Shown: positions 31,304 through 45,481 of the stretch, one piece after another
Numbering within the stretch: position 1 is the stretch's first letter
Layout: the number at the start of each line of letters is the position of its first letter
NCBI RefSeq assembly: GCF_009914755.1
Contig: NC_060946.1
DNA length: 64,000 nt
From: the human T2T-CHM13v2.0 reference genome, Homo sapiens
Strand: one strand, 5' to 3'
Program-made: the position numbers and the translations under genes
The notes under the pieces: model-generated
Seen by the model: only the letters and a program-made list of their open reading frames with translations
Database searches by the model: none
What the model was told of the DNA's origin: nothing

Positions 31304-32379
31304 CTAAATACTAGGAAAGATAAGACAAAGTCATACCAGATTAGGCTGAGAGGGAGGGAGGGAAGGAGAGAGGGAGAGAGGGGACCTGGAGGGGAGGGGA
31401 GGGGAGGGGAGTGGGGGAGGGAAGGGAGTGGGCAGGTGGGCAGGCACAGCATTTTGGTTGAGGAAAGAAGGCCTGCAGCTGCACAGCCTCCTAGGAGACA
31501 GCATGAGGTGGACTGACGATTCACGCTGCTGTCCAGGCACAGGCTCAGGAAGGGCTCTGAAGGCCTGTGCAGCCACCATTGCTGAAACTGACTGAAAACA
31601 GCAGCCCCAGCCAACTAGTGCAAAGTTAGCTTACAGTAACATTCAACGCCATAAGTAGCATTCTTACGTCTAAAAAGCTGAACACTTGGGCTTTATCTAA
31701 AAATATATGTTTAAGAGTGGGTAATTACCTAGAAAAAAAGTCCAGATGGCTATGTACCAAAAATGTGAATTCTTCCATTCAATGAAATGTAATGCAGCCT
31801 TACTTACCGTATGCCAGGCACCTCGCTGGGCCTGTGGGGTCCCGGGATGGGTAGAAGTGACAAGGCCCCTGTATATATTCCAGTAGGGGTCAGGGGATTT
31901 CAAAGCCACACCAGTAGGTAATGTAGCGGCAGACAGCATTAAGGGCTGGGGGAAAGCATGAAGCCAAGTGGGGGACAGAGAGTGACAGGGTCTACCTGGA
32001 CATATGGTGGTCAGGGAAGGTTGTCCTGAGTCTTGAATGAACATCTCTGGGTGGTGGAACATGAAAGTCTGGGCTTTTGCATATCTGTATCACTTAATTG
32101 TTCTGCCATAAGAATACACTGATTGAGTTGCTTTTGAAAATTCAAAAGGAAGATAAGGCAGCACGTGGGCACCTTCCCTTTAGGTAAGCATGAAATCCAA
32201 GCTTTTCTGGTAAAGGAATCCACGAGCCTTATCTTCTAGTCACGATAACCGGCCTGCAGTATTAACTGCATTCTCTCTAGACAAGTAATTCCGGACAGTC
32301 CTGCAAAGCACCCAATTGGTGCCCTTATCACCCTGTGCACACCCGTGGTGCCCAGGGCTCAGCCTCCTCTTCTCTGTGC

Positions 32380-33235
32380 ACACTAGTTTCCTGGGTGACC
32401 CTCTCCCTCCTGTGACCTAAAATTCCATCCACGTGCTGATGCCTCCTCACTCAGCCTCTCCCTGAGCTCCAGATCCGGCATGGCCCGAGCTGCTGGCTCA
32501 GCATCTCCCCCTGGGAGGCTCACGGGCCTCTCCGACACACTGGCCAAAACCCACCTCTTGCTCCTGCATCCCCCGGTTGGGCTCCTCCAGGACACAGCTG
32601 CTCAGGACAAATGCCCCAGTGTCATCCCTGACTCCTCTCCTCCTCTCATGTCCACATAACATCACCTCTACCTCAAAACAGAGCCAGAATGTGGCCGCTT
32701 CACACCACCTCTGTCTCAGTTACCCTGGTTCAATCTACTAAACTCAAATCTTGCCAACAGCTATTGTCAACTGTCACAGTTATTGATACTCCCCACCCTG
32801 ATTACAAGGTCCCATGTGATTCTAGCCCCTGCTTCCAGCGCCAGTCTCGCTCCTTCCAATCCCCACACCCTGGACTCTGGCTACAGTGACCTCCATGTGG
32901 TTCTCCAGATGCACCAGACTCGGCTTACCTTTGCACCTGCCTCCCCTCTGCCGGGAATACCTGCCTCCCACATCTGTAGGATCTGCTGCCTCCCAGCATC
33001 AGATATTTGCTCAAACATTACCCTCTTCTTAAGAAAGCCTTCCCCCAGCCCTGATACTCCAGCCCTAACTCTGTTTTATTTTCTTAACACTCAACCTCAC
33101 CTGCCAAATTATCTTTTCTCTCTCCACTCACGAGAATGTAGGTTCCTTATGCACCAGGATTTTGCCTTGTTTGCCCGTGTTCCTACCACTGATACGTAAC
33201 AGGCACATAATAAACACAACTAGAATGAATGAGTC
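32380..33235 (+). mobile_element. L2 LINE 3' region
   Basis: GTCATCCCTGACTCCTCTC...CCTTTGCACCTGCC...GAATGAATGA end. Confidence 0.7.
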
Positions 33236-33309
33236 AAGGAATGACAGAGCATAATTCTGTTTTCAGCAGCACAGCAAACCAGGTATCTTAATGACTCTCC
33301 TGTTGAAGA

Positions 33310-34039
<730 letters not shown>

Positions 34040-34982
34040 TAAGCAAATATGCAGATAAATATATTGGATAAATCTAAATAGCATTAGCTGTATAAAAGAC
34101 AATGGCAAATTTGCAGGATTTAAAAAAATCAGAAAAAAAAAACTGGACAAGTTGAGAGGGCATATGGAGTTAAAATGTTTTCTATCCTTCCATTGTTCAA
34201 GAGAAGGGTAAAGATATCACTTAAGATTTTGTTAAGTACACAAAAATATCTAGGATAACCACTAAAGGAGCAGGCTGAGAATTTAATTTCTAAACTAAGA
34301 GTGAAAAAAAAATGCAATGGAAAATGGGCATGATGAAATGCAATCAAAACAAAAGAGAGAATAAAAATCTCACCAGAAGAACTACAGCCAATAGAAATTA
34401 CAGGAATAAAAAATTACATGTCTATGCAAATTGCATTGAAGGGCCTAGCCACTGCAATAAGAAAAATAACTAAAAGGTGTAACAATCAGAAAAGAAGAAA
34501 CGTAACAGCATTATTAGCATTAACAAACCATTAAATGGTTTTAGCATGGCTGATGAACAGAGGAAGGGAATTTATCTAGAATGAGAGCTCTCAGCTACAA
34601 TTTGAGAGCTATATATTTAAATGCAGTGCTAAGGGTTTCATTTAACACGAGGAAAAAACCATTGTCTTCATTTTATAGCTGAAGAAACTAAAACTCCGAG
34701 AGGTTAAGTAATGTGTTCAAAGCCACCTGGCAAGTAACCGGCTAGTTTTGAAATTAAGACAATCTGTCCCCAAGGCTTAACCACTATACTATGATGTCTC
34801 GACACACGATAAACATATATGTGCCCTCTCAGAGGCAAGCGTGATTGTGTGATTACAAGGACACTGGAGGAAAAAAGAGACGAAATTCACCTAAGGAAAG
34901 CCAGGGAAGAGAGGAATGCTTAGAGCAAGAATGGTATTCTGGAGAGAATAAGAACAGCAAGTACAAAGGTTAAAAGGCATGA

Positions 34983-35280
<298 letters not shown>

Positions 35281-35335
35281 CATAAAGGAAGGTTCCCTTG
35301 GACAGAGAGTGGAGAACAGCCCATTGAGCCTCTAG

Positions 35336-35695
35336 TCTTGGGCTGTCCAGTATGGCAGCCACCAGCTATTAACACTTAAAAAGTAGTTAGTCCAAGTGAG
35401 AAACTGACTTTTTTTTTTGAGACAGGGTGTCCCTCTGTCATTCAGGCTGAGTGCAGTGGCACTATCACAGCTCATTGCAGCCTCAACCTCCTGGGTGTAA
35501 GCGATCCTCCCACTTGAGCCTTCTGAAGCTTGGACTACAAGTATGTGCCACTGCACCTGGCTAATTTTTTATTTTTTATAGAGACAGAGGACTCACTATG
35601 TTGTCCAGACTGGTCTCAATGACTTTTTAATTTTAGTCAATTTTAATGTAAACAGTCACGTGGTTAGTGGCTACCACACTGGACATCGCAGTTCT
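35336..35695. mobile_element. MER3/MER33-type hAT MITE split by an AluJ (35408-35620, minus strand)
   Basis: Inverted termini GCTGTCCAGTATGGCAGCCAC ... GTGGCTACCACACTGGACATCGC. Confidence 0.7.
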
Positions 35696-36279
35696 GGAGG
35701 TTCAAGTCTGGAGAAAGGGAAATGGTTAGAAGACCAGGAAAGAGGAATATATCCAAGAGGAAAAACAGACAGGACATAGTGATGGATGATGCCAGGGAAT
35801 GGGGGATGGGGGCAGGGATTCAAAGTCTCAAATTTCGGAGGCATGGTAGGTGATAATGCCACAAAGAGAAAAATAGAATTAAGAACAAACTGGTTTGGAT
35901 CTGATAAATATGATGTTCCTGAAGCATGTCCACATATAAACGGCACTCCAGCCACAACAAGCTCCTAAGTCTGGCAGATTCTGACCTCCTTGCCTTTGCA
36001 TATATTGCTCCCGCTGCTTCTCTTGGGTACCTGACAAACCACTCCCTCTAAAACTCATCATCAAACTGGAGTTTCCCCCCAATCTCCTCCATTCTTCATG
36101 GCAGAATAAGGTCCCAATAGCTCTTTAAGACTCACCACCCTGCTGCTTAGAAGTCTCTTTACCTTACTGGACTGTGAGGTCCTCAGAGACCAGAACTCAA
36201 TCCTAACCGTCTATGGATCCCTAGAGTCTAGCACAGTGCCTGATGTGAACTGCGTGGACAAGAGACCAAGAAGGTAAAC

Positions 36280-36327
36280 TGAATGAATGAATGAATGAAT
36301 GAACAAACAAACGAACGAACGAACGAA
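36280..36327 (+). repeat. Compound tetranucleotide repeat at an L2 3' tail
   Basis: (TGAA)6(CAAA)2(CGAA)4. Confidence 0.9.
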
Positions 36328-39300
36328 AAAACAAATCAACTGATCCAGCCAGCCAGCATCCAGGTGAACTGTCCCTCCAGGCAGTGATCTAACGGATGGC
36401 TGGAAATAAGCCCAGAGCTCACTCAGGTGCCTGCATGTCTACCAATAAAAGCTGTCATACCTGGAGATAGCATCAGGGGGAAAAAAAAAAAGGCTGTCAG
36501 GTGCTGGGACAAGTACAGTTTACATAGCCTCACATCATGACTTTTCATCATCATGACAACTTCCACCATCCCAAATGCAAACTCTTCAACCTCAGAAGTT
36601 CACTGGGTACACCTAAGATTCAATTTAATGTCTTCGAGTTCAATGTGAAGTATGAAAGATTTATCCACCAAAAGTGGTCTTGCCACTTTCCTTCATGGCT
36701 TTACAGTCTTGCTTTCTAACATTCTTCCTGCACAGTAATGGTAGGATCTGACTAAGTGAACCTGAGGTGACCGTCCCTATAGATGGGAAAGTAGTAACAA
36801 ATGTTTCTGTCTTCCAAATCAATAGATACTGGTGATCAGTCTACTACGCCCTGTGCTATTTTTTCTTCATGTGTCAGTTCATAGCAGAGAAGATAGAGAA
36901 GTCATTTCATTATCCCCAAAACTGTCATGTGCTTCATTTATTTTGTTAAACTAGCACTACCAATCTATGTTAGGAATTTAAGAGTCAAAGAGAGAGTTCC
37001 AAATTGGGAAGTTCAACATTTTGTCCTGTTAATTACATCAACATTTCGTCAAGTAAGCATTTTCCAGCAAAATCATTCTTCCTTGTTCTCCTTCAAGGAC
37101 TCCACTGTAGAACAAATCCTGATGGGAAACATGACTGAGTATGAAATTCATAGCACCCTTCACATTAACAAAAAGATAATCTAAATGCCATACTATTGTG
37201 ATGACCACTGGCACACATTTCAAATTAATTCTAACTTCCTATTAGATTCTTTAAGTTTCTCAAAATAAAATATGTACCATGAGCCCACATAAAGATTTAT
37301 GTCTTATGATTCATATATGACAGAGTCTAATAAGAAAAAACTTAGGCCAGAGCCCCAGGGCTGGAGGAGACGTCAGGTAGACACAACCTGTTACTTGGTG
37401 TCAAGGCAGAACTGTGACATGCAAATGCATTTAGACCACCTAGTGAAATGTGACTATAGTGCCTTCAAAAGTAATCACTATGGAAAAGCAAACAATGTCA
37501 TTCATTCATTCATTCATTCAAATCAATAACCCTTGTCTAATTACTATCTCACCATACTGACACACACATACATGCTCCTCTTTACCAAACTCTAAGGGCC
37601 TAGGATACTGGGGGATGTTTCTTCATAGTCTTAGAGAAGGTTCTGAGGCCACTTCTAGAATCTGGTCTGGAGAGCTGCCCTGGACAGAGGTGGACATGAA
37701 AAAGGCCCAAACACCAACAACACAAACTCTGAGATTTCTAAGCCAACAGCAGCCCCAGGGGGCTGCCGTTTAACCCCTTCTCAGTTTGGAGCAATGCCAG
37801 CACTGCAACAGTCTGGTATCTCTTTCTCATCTTTAAATCTCACAAGCACAGCAACATTTATACTAATGTGGGCAGAAGCTAGAGGCCAGGGAGGGAAGCA
37901 TATCAAATGTTACTTATAGACTGCAGAAGATAAGAAGGTCAATTATACACTAAGAAAAGGAAGCCGATTGGAATATTCTATACTTAATATATAGTGAAAA
38001 TATAATAGTAAGTATAAAATGCTAATTGGGGAACAAAGGTAACTAAATTATGGGAGAAGCGAACTAAGCCACTGCGGCTCCTGAGCCTGCAGCCCCACTT
38101 CTTCTCTAGGATAATGTCGCCTGGCTCACCAAATGAAAGCAGCACCTCTTTAAGGAGACTGACAGAAAGTGCCCACTAGAACACCAGGAGGGAAGACAGT
38201 TCTGACACACTGCATAAAAATATTGCTTATGTATTCCACTTCATTCTTCAGTTTCATAAATTAAAATAGTTGTAAAGTTATTAAATTCAACTTCAAATAC
38301 AATTAACATATTTATGAAAGTGCCAGTTTTCCTGAAGTGCTTTTGTTTCAGAAATTCTTCAAGGCATATATTCTAAATACTTTAGAAAATACAAATAAGC
38401 GCTATCCTGTGAACCTCCCCAAGGTATTTTAAGGTGACTTTGGACAGACAGTGATGGCCACACCGAGGTCTAGGAACAGTCACCCACTGTTCTCAGCATA
38501 CCTGTTTATAACTAACTCCCACACCTGAATTTCAGAGGATTCAAACTGAATTTTTAGCAGAGACCATTTTTAATGATTCTGGAAAATTGTGAGTAAATTC
38601 CATTTTTATAAATTAAATCGTTTTCTCCTTTATTTATATTATGTTGTATTATTTTAAAGTCTTTCATATTCCAATACCTCTTCAGTTCAGCTCAAGACAG
38701 AGTCAGTATTCCCTTATAGGGGCTGAAAGGCAGAAATGCTAAAGGTTTGGGGTTTCCCTTTCACACCCTGAAGAATCCTGTTTCAAAGAAGAATTGAGTG
38801 CTTGTCTGTTTCTTGTATTAGTTGTGATTGTATTAAGTTTGGCATTCTCATCTGGCAAGCAATCCCATCGTGAGGCCCGCTTCTATCAGTAACAATTGAC
38901 TGTCTCTCCCCTGAGCTAGGGGAGAGGCAAGCAAAACTTTATAATATAGAGAATTGTTGATTTTTAAGAAATGTCAATGCTCTTTGTACTTGAGGTAATT
39001 CACTATACATCTATGCAAATGGTACTTACAGCAAAAAAGTTATTGAATAAAAGCTGAGTGTTTGAAAGTGAAACAAATATGAACGGACTCATCAGTAGAA
39101 AAAAAAAACACTCTTAGCTAAGTGATATTCATCTTAAGATAATAATGCGAAGAAAGCAGATTACTGTAATGGAAAGAGTAATGAGTCTCATGACCAGGGT
39201 TTCAGACTCACTCGGCTACCAACGAGACGAGTGACCTTGGACAAGTCGTCACCTCTGGATCCCAATTCCTTTGGTAAAGTGAGGATCCTGGAATATTAAG

Positions 39301-41165
39301 TCCAAGAGCCATTACAGCTCTAAATATTGCGTTCCCACCTTCTGCATTATGCCACCAAATGAATAACAGAATTGTGTGGGTGGGCAAACGGGTCTCAAAG
39401 GACTAACACTGTTTAAAAAGAAAAAAGGAAGGCGTATTTTTACTTATTGGCATAAATCTCATACCTGTAAAAATGCTTTGGTTTGAAGTTATGAAACCTC
39501 TTTGCTGTTTTCATAAATACAGCATTTAAAATTCATGCAGAATTCAGTAGGATGTTTTACTGACAAGAAGGAAGGGATCTGAAGAAAGAGATATTCAGAG
39601 CTACAAGAGCAAAGACAAAACTGATGGGCCCGATTAAGGTCGGACAGACATACTATATACCTTGGGGGTTTCTAGAAACCTTTCCTATGCAATCTTAAAA
39701 GTATTTGAAACACACACTTCACAGTAGGTAACATCCTAACAAGAAAGCATGTTTTTCTGTGAGGCACAGGCTGCACCAGCACAGTATTTTCTGGAGGACG
39801 GAGAGAGGATGCTGCCTTTTTAATGGCAATCAGTAATCCAGTAAGTATAATTCACTGAGTGATGGGTCACTTAAGTATCAGGATTTTAAAAATCTAATTA
39901 GAATTACAGCACCACAGCAATAAAGGGGAGCCACTGTTTTTCAAAAATTCCAGAATATGACTTCTAAGAAACAATTGAATACGTACATAAGGCTGCTCAG
40001 TTATTAAAACAATAAGACTTTTACATTTTGTTACCCGACAAAAATATAAACAGTGTCTAGTGACAGCCCTCAGAGGGGGACGAGGGCACAGGGTCCAGCT
40101 GGGATGAGAAATGAGAAGAACTGAGGGGGAGGATGGGAAGGTGGTCGGGAGGGGTCCTGGAGCGGTGGCAGGTGATCAGAGACTCTGCAGTAAACAGTCA
40201 TGAAACAGCAATTACAGTCTCCTGGAAAAGATAATTTGCTTTCTCTCTCAAGTCCCACTTATGTGTTTGTAGATTAGATTTGGCTGTAAAGAAAGAAAAT
40301 GGCAGCATGTAATAAACATTAACGCCTTAAAGTAGGGGGAAAAGCCCTCTATTAACAGCTAACTCAAGTAACTCATTTAGCTACTCGGTAAGAAAAAAAT
40401 ACAGCTAAAGTATGTCAGCTACTCTAAAACATGCCAAAGCAAAGGTGCAAAGTTATTGCATCTATTTTGAAAGGAAACACGCACGTATGTTCTAAAACCA
40501 GAGTCAAAAATTACAAAACACAATCCTTCATTTGTTTAAGCCGAAATCTATTCTCCAAGAAAATCAAACACTTACTCTGACATCTTCTCCAAGCACCCTG
40601 GATAAAGCATTCTGCATTGCTCAGTTAATAATGAACTAATTGAACATTGCCGTCACGGAGCTCTAAAACTAGGTGCGCTTGCATAGAAGGTGAGAGTTCT
40701 GTTAAATCAGTCACTCAGTGAGAAAGAAAACAATTCCGTGAAAATTCTACTTTCAAAGAGGTCTACCTTAAAGGAAATGCAAGCCTTCCACAGCACACTC
40801 ACATTTTTCTGTCAGATGCCGGCTAACTCTGCAGCTCAGCTTCCGTACCTGCCTCTTTCCAACCCTGCTGGCATGTCTGACCTCTGTCTCTCAGCTGAAT
40901 TCTCCCAGCACATTTCATCATTTCCTGTTGGCTGCCGAGATAAGGTCATTCCCATACACTGCTGCATTCGCTGTACAGTCCCAGGTTCCCAGACTGCACG
41001 CTCCTGCCTGCTGTGGCCATCACAGAAGAGCTCTCTTTTCAGAAAGTGGCCAAAGAGAAATTTCAGTATTTCCACGGAAAATCAGGGAGAAGAGGTCTGA
41101 GAACAAAATTCATACTACCCCCTCCCCAACACACAAAAAATCAAATTATATACAAACTAACTTAC

Positions 41166-41209
41166 ACCATACATGAGTCTTCTAATATCTTCTTGTATTT
41201 GGGATCCTC
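41166..41209 (-). other. Candidate 44-nt exon (47 nt using the AAG of the tandem acceptor)
   Basis: tcttttttctcttgtaagcag|GAGGATCCC...TGTATGGT|gtaagt; reads EDPKYKKILEDSCMV or GSQIQEDIRRLMYG. Confidence 0.45.
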
Positions 41210-42306
41210 CTGCTTACAAGAGAAAAAAGACAGCATGCTCTCTCTGCATCTGAGGGGCGTCACAGCAGTCAGTGGGACAGGGACTTGCTTGCACAGGATA
41301 ATCTTACACTGTCCCTACATGTGGAAGTCAACTTCCTTCTGTGACTACACACAACAAGGCAATGCCTGTCAGCAGATGAACAGGAAGCCTCATGCAGGAG
41401 ACAGGACTGGGGACACAGAGTCCCCTGGAGACAGGCAGGTGACCCCATGGTCTCTCAGCAGCACGACTGTCTCCTAAGAACTAGGACACTCAAATACGCA
41501 ACTGTGATTACATGGAAATAAAAACACCTCGCTTCTTCAATTTTTACAAAGAATTTAAAGTGAAGAAAAAAACAATAAAGCTTTAGGTGAGGAGAGAAAG
41601 ATTTTAAAATGCTTGTGCCTACAAGAATACATGCTGTACGATTCCCTTTGGATCCAGCACAAGAAAAGGCGTAACTAATCTACACCCTTCGAAGCCGGGA
41701 CAGGGAAGAGAAAGAGGAGGCAGGCAGGAAGGGGTGCCAGGAGGGTTTTGGAGCTGTGCTGTGGCTCTTAAACTGGCTATGGGTGTGCTGGGCTTGTGAA
41801 AATTCACTGATATGTACACTTGAGATCTGTGCACTTTAGGTATGCATATTATTCAATAACACTTTTTAAAATCTCATACAGTAACAAAAAATACAGACAC
41901 TACAGGAAAGAGTAGATATGGAAACCAACCTGCAAAAACAGACAGGAAACAAATATTTCAAGGGATCAATTTCTGCTAGGTGCCCTCCTAGAAGATACAC
42001 ATGCACACTCCCCCATTCCCCTTGGCAAGCCAGGATCTAAGTGGTAATGGCCAGGGCAGGGCCAGTTCAGGGCGGTTCCTCCTTTCAACATGGCCCAAGC
42101 GGGTGTATGTAGGGATGGGAAAATACGTAATTGGCAAAAGAACATACTGCAAGGGGAAACTGTGCTAAGTGGATATACACTATTTACCAGTGTTCTTGCT
42201 ACTCATATTCATTCAAAAATGTTCAGTTAAAAACAGCCATCTAGTCTTACCTTATAACACAAAACGAAGTAGGTTAAAAATCTCTTTTGAAAATCTTGTG
42301 TTTAGA

Positions 42307-42468
42307 CAAACACTGCGGAAGGCCGCAGGGTCCTCTGCCTAGGAAAACCAGAGACCTTTGTTCACTTGTTTATCTGTTGACCTTCCCTCCACTATTGTCC
42401 TATGACCCTGCCAAATCCCCCTCTGTGAGAAACACCCAAGAATGATCAATTAAAAAAAAAAAAAAAAA
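42307..42468 (+). mobile_element. Severely 5'-truncated SVA (SINE-R 3' end only)
   Basis: CAAACACTGCGGAAGGCCGCAGGG...CCCAAGAATGATCAAT plus poly-A; perfect 17-bp TSD AAAATCTTGTGTTTAGA (42290-42306 and 42469-42485). Confidence 0.95.
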
Positions 42469-42494
42469 AAAATCTTGTGTTTAGAAATTCCTTA

Positions 42495-42790
42495 GGCTGG
42501 GCCGGTGGCTCACACTTGTAGTCCCAGCACTTTGGTAGGCTGAGGCAAATGGATTGCTTGAAGCCAGGAGTTTGAGACCAGCCTAGCCAATATGGTGAAA
42601 CCTCATCTCTACTAAAAAATACAAAAATTGGCCAGGTGTAGTGGCACATGCCTGTAATCCCAGCTACTCAGGAGGCTGAGGCACGAGAATCGCTTGACCC
42701 CAGGGAGCAGAGGTTGCAGTGAGCTGAGATCACGTCACTGCACTCTAGCCTGGGTGACAGAGCGAGATCCTGTCTCAAAAAAAAGAGAAA
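42495..42790 (+). mobile_element. AluS-type SINE
   Basis: Full dimer; TSD AGAAATTCCTTA. Confidence 0.95.
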
Positions 42791-43086
42791 AAGAAATTCC
42801 TTAATGGAAAAATACCAATAAAAGCAAAGACCACATAACATGAGACTCTATTACTTGACATATGATAATAATTTACACTACTTGAGAAATTATTTACCAC
42901 CCCTCCCCACACAGCCCGTCACCAAAAAAGCAGAGAAGTCAACACATATTTCACTATATCCTGTGGTTGGCTTAGTTAAATCCACGGCACCATCACAGAA
43001 GATGAACACCAGAGTGCCACGCCCGCCACAGCTGGCAAGCACTCACTCCACTAAGACAGAAGCAGCGCCTGAGTTCTGGGGAAGCA

Positions 43087-43147
43087 AGTTTGAGACCAGC
43101 CTGGCCAACATGGTGAAACCCCGTCTGTACTAAAAAATACAAAAATT
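43087..43147 (+). mobile_element. Internal Alu fragment
   Basis: AGTTTGAGACCAGCCTGGCCAACATGG...TACAAAAATT only. Confidence 0.85.
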
Positions 43148-44914
43148 GTCTACCTGTTCCCTCCCCCAAGCCAGGATACCAGAAAACTTTTTTTTTTTTT
43201 GTCCCAGAGCCCCACTTAGGGCTGCTGGTTATGGGAGGGCTTTTTGTTTAAAAGACTCACTCTCTTCTTTTAAATCCAACAAACACAGGCTGCTCAATAA
43301 ACATTTACACAGCACTTACTTTATTTCTGGCTAATCATGAAAATAGCTCTTTGGGGGTAAGCATTGTTATCTTCATTTCCCAGATGAGAGGTTATGCAAC
43401 TTGCTAAGTGTCCCACAGCTGGCGCAAGGAGAGCCAGCCTGTAAGCCAGGCTACACAACACTGCCCCTCCAACTTGACTTCCCTCAACGGTCAGAACTGG
43501 GTCTTGGATAGTTTCTGCTTAATAAAAAGCTGAACTTGGAAAAGGAGAAGAGGCCCAAGGCAGAACTGGGGGTGGGGGGTGGAGGGTGAGGTCTGGGGTA
43601 GGGGGTGAGGGCCACATCCAGCACAGGGCAAGGGAAGGCCAGCCCAGCAGCCATTCACAGTCCAAGTCACAGGGCCACCCTCACATGCCCTCAGGCAAAG
43701 TGCAGCCTGGATGCCTGGGGTGGGTGGAGGCATTGTGAGTCCTGCCCCAAGTACCCAGTCACAAGAGCAAGGTGTGGGCGGGGGGGGGGGGGCGGCGCAG
43801 AAAAAGAAAACTGACTTTGAACTGAATAGTAGTGGGACTAGGAAGTCATCAGACCAGATCTCCAGTGTGGCTAAAGACACCCTCTCCCTGCCCATGTCAG
43901 CCACATCTCACTAGTGGATTCCAGGCAGGAAACGTGGACTATGGCAGAAGACAAGACTGACTCAGGCAGCTCTCCTGTCCCTGGCAGTGATACAGCTGCC
44001 CGACCACTCTTTAGGTGATGCTGGGACAGAAACCGCTCAGGGAAGCTCACCTGCTGGCCTCTGGCATGCAGAGCCTAAGCTGGAATTCCAGTTCTGATCT
44101 GGCTTCTGTCATCAAAGACTGGAAACCATTGGACATTCATTCAACAAACATTAATGCCAGGCACAGTGCTTAGGGTCCCACAGTCAAAGCAGCCAAGGTC
44201 CCTGCCCCGGCCCACAATGTACAGGCTGAGCAGAAGTGCAAATAAATAAAATGAGGGACATCTCGTGCTGGTTCTCCAAGAGTGTGCAACCAGCCTACTC
44301 AAACCATGTGGATTAAGGCGGAAGAAAATTCAGAAACAGAGAGTCCACCAAGTTAACTAAAGACCAGCAGCGCCACCCATCAGCTCAGGCCCCCTGCAGA
44401 GGCGGCAAACAACACGCAGGGCAGCACTTCCCAGGGGGATTCTTTCGCCCAGCGGTCAGTGCAGCTCCAGCAGGCCAGTTCATCAGCCTAGCAGGACTCA
44501 AAGACAGGACAGGATCCAGCAAGGCTGCTGCTTCTATCTGAGGCCTTTTGTTATATGATTGTCGCATGGTAAAAATGACTGCTTGTACCACGTTTACCAC
44601 GCTCATTTGAAACACTATAAGATAGGTACTCCTAGCCCTGTTTTACAGGGAAGGAAACCACCACAGAACATAAGCAATCTGCCCAAGGTCACCCAGCTAA
44701 TAAGGGCAGAATGGGATTCAGTCAGGTCCACTTGATACAAAGTCCCTCCTCTCTCTACCACACCCGTGCCTCCCATGGAACGGGACCTGCTATGAAAATC
44801 AAGATATTTGGCAAAAGGTCGTGTCATTTGGAAACAATAAAATTTCTACAATTTTTTTTTCACCACTTCTCTACTGGTCTGTCATCGCTCTAATACTATA
44901 CTGCCTTAAAAAAA

Positions 44915-45120
44915 AAACAGCTTTATTGAGATATAATTCACGTCACACAGTTCACCCATTTAAAGGGCACAATTCAATGTTATTTAGTATATTCACAGGT
45001 GTGTGCAACCATCACCACCGTCAAGGGTAGGACATTTTCATTACCTCAAAGAGAAACCCTGTACCCTTTAGCTATCATCCCTCTATTCCCAACCCTTTCC
45101 CCAGCCCGCGGCAGTCATTG
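44915..45120 (-). mobile_element. L1MB-type 3' end fragment
   Basis: CAGCTTTATTGAGATATAATTCAC...TTCACCCATTTAAAG. Confidence 0.8.
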
Positions 45121-45127
45121 TGTTTTA

Positions 45128-45481
<354 letters not shown>

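Noticed and set aside
44364-44410. CTCF-like GGTGGCGCTG and CCTGCAGAGGCG motifs
   Set aside because: Each matches only part of the core consensus.
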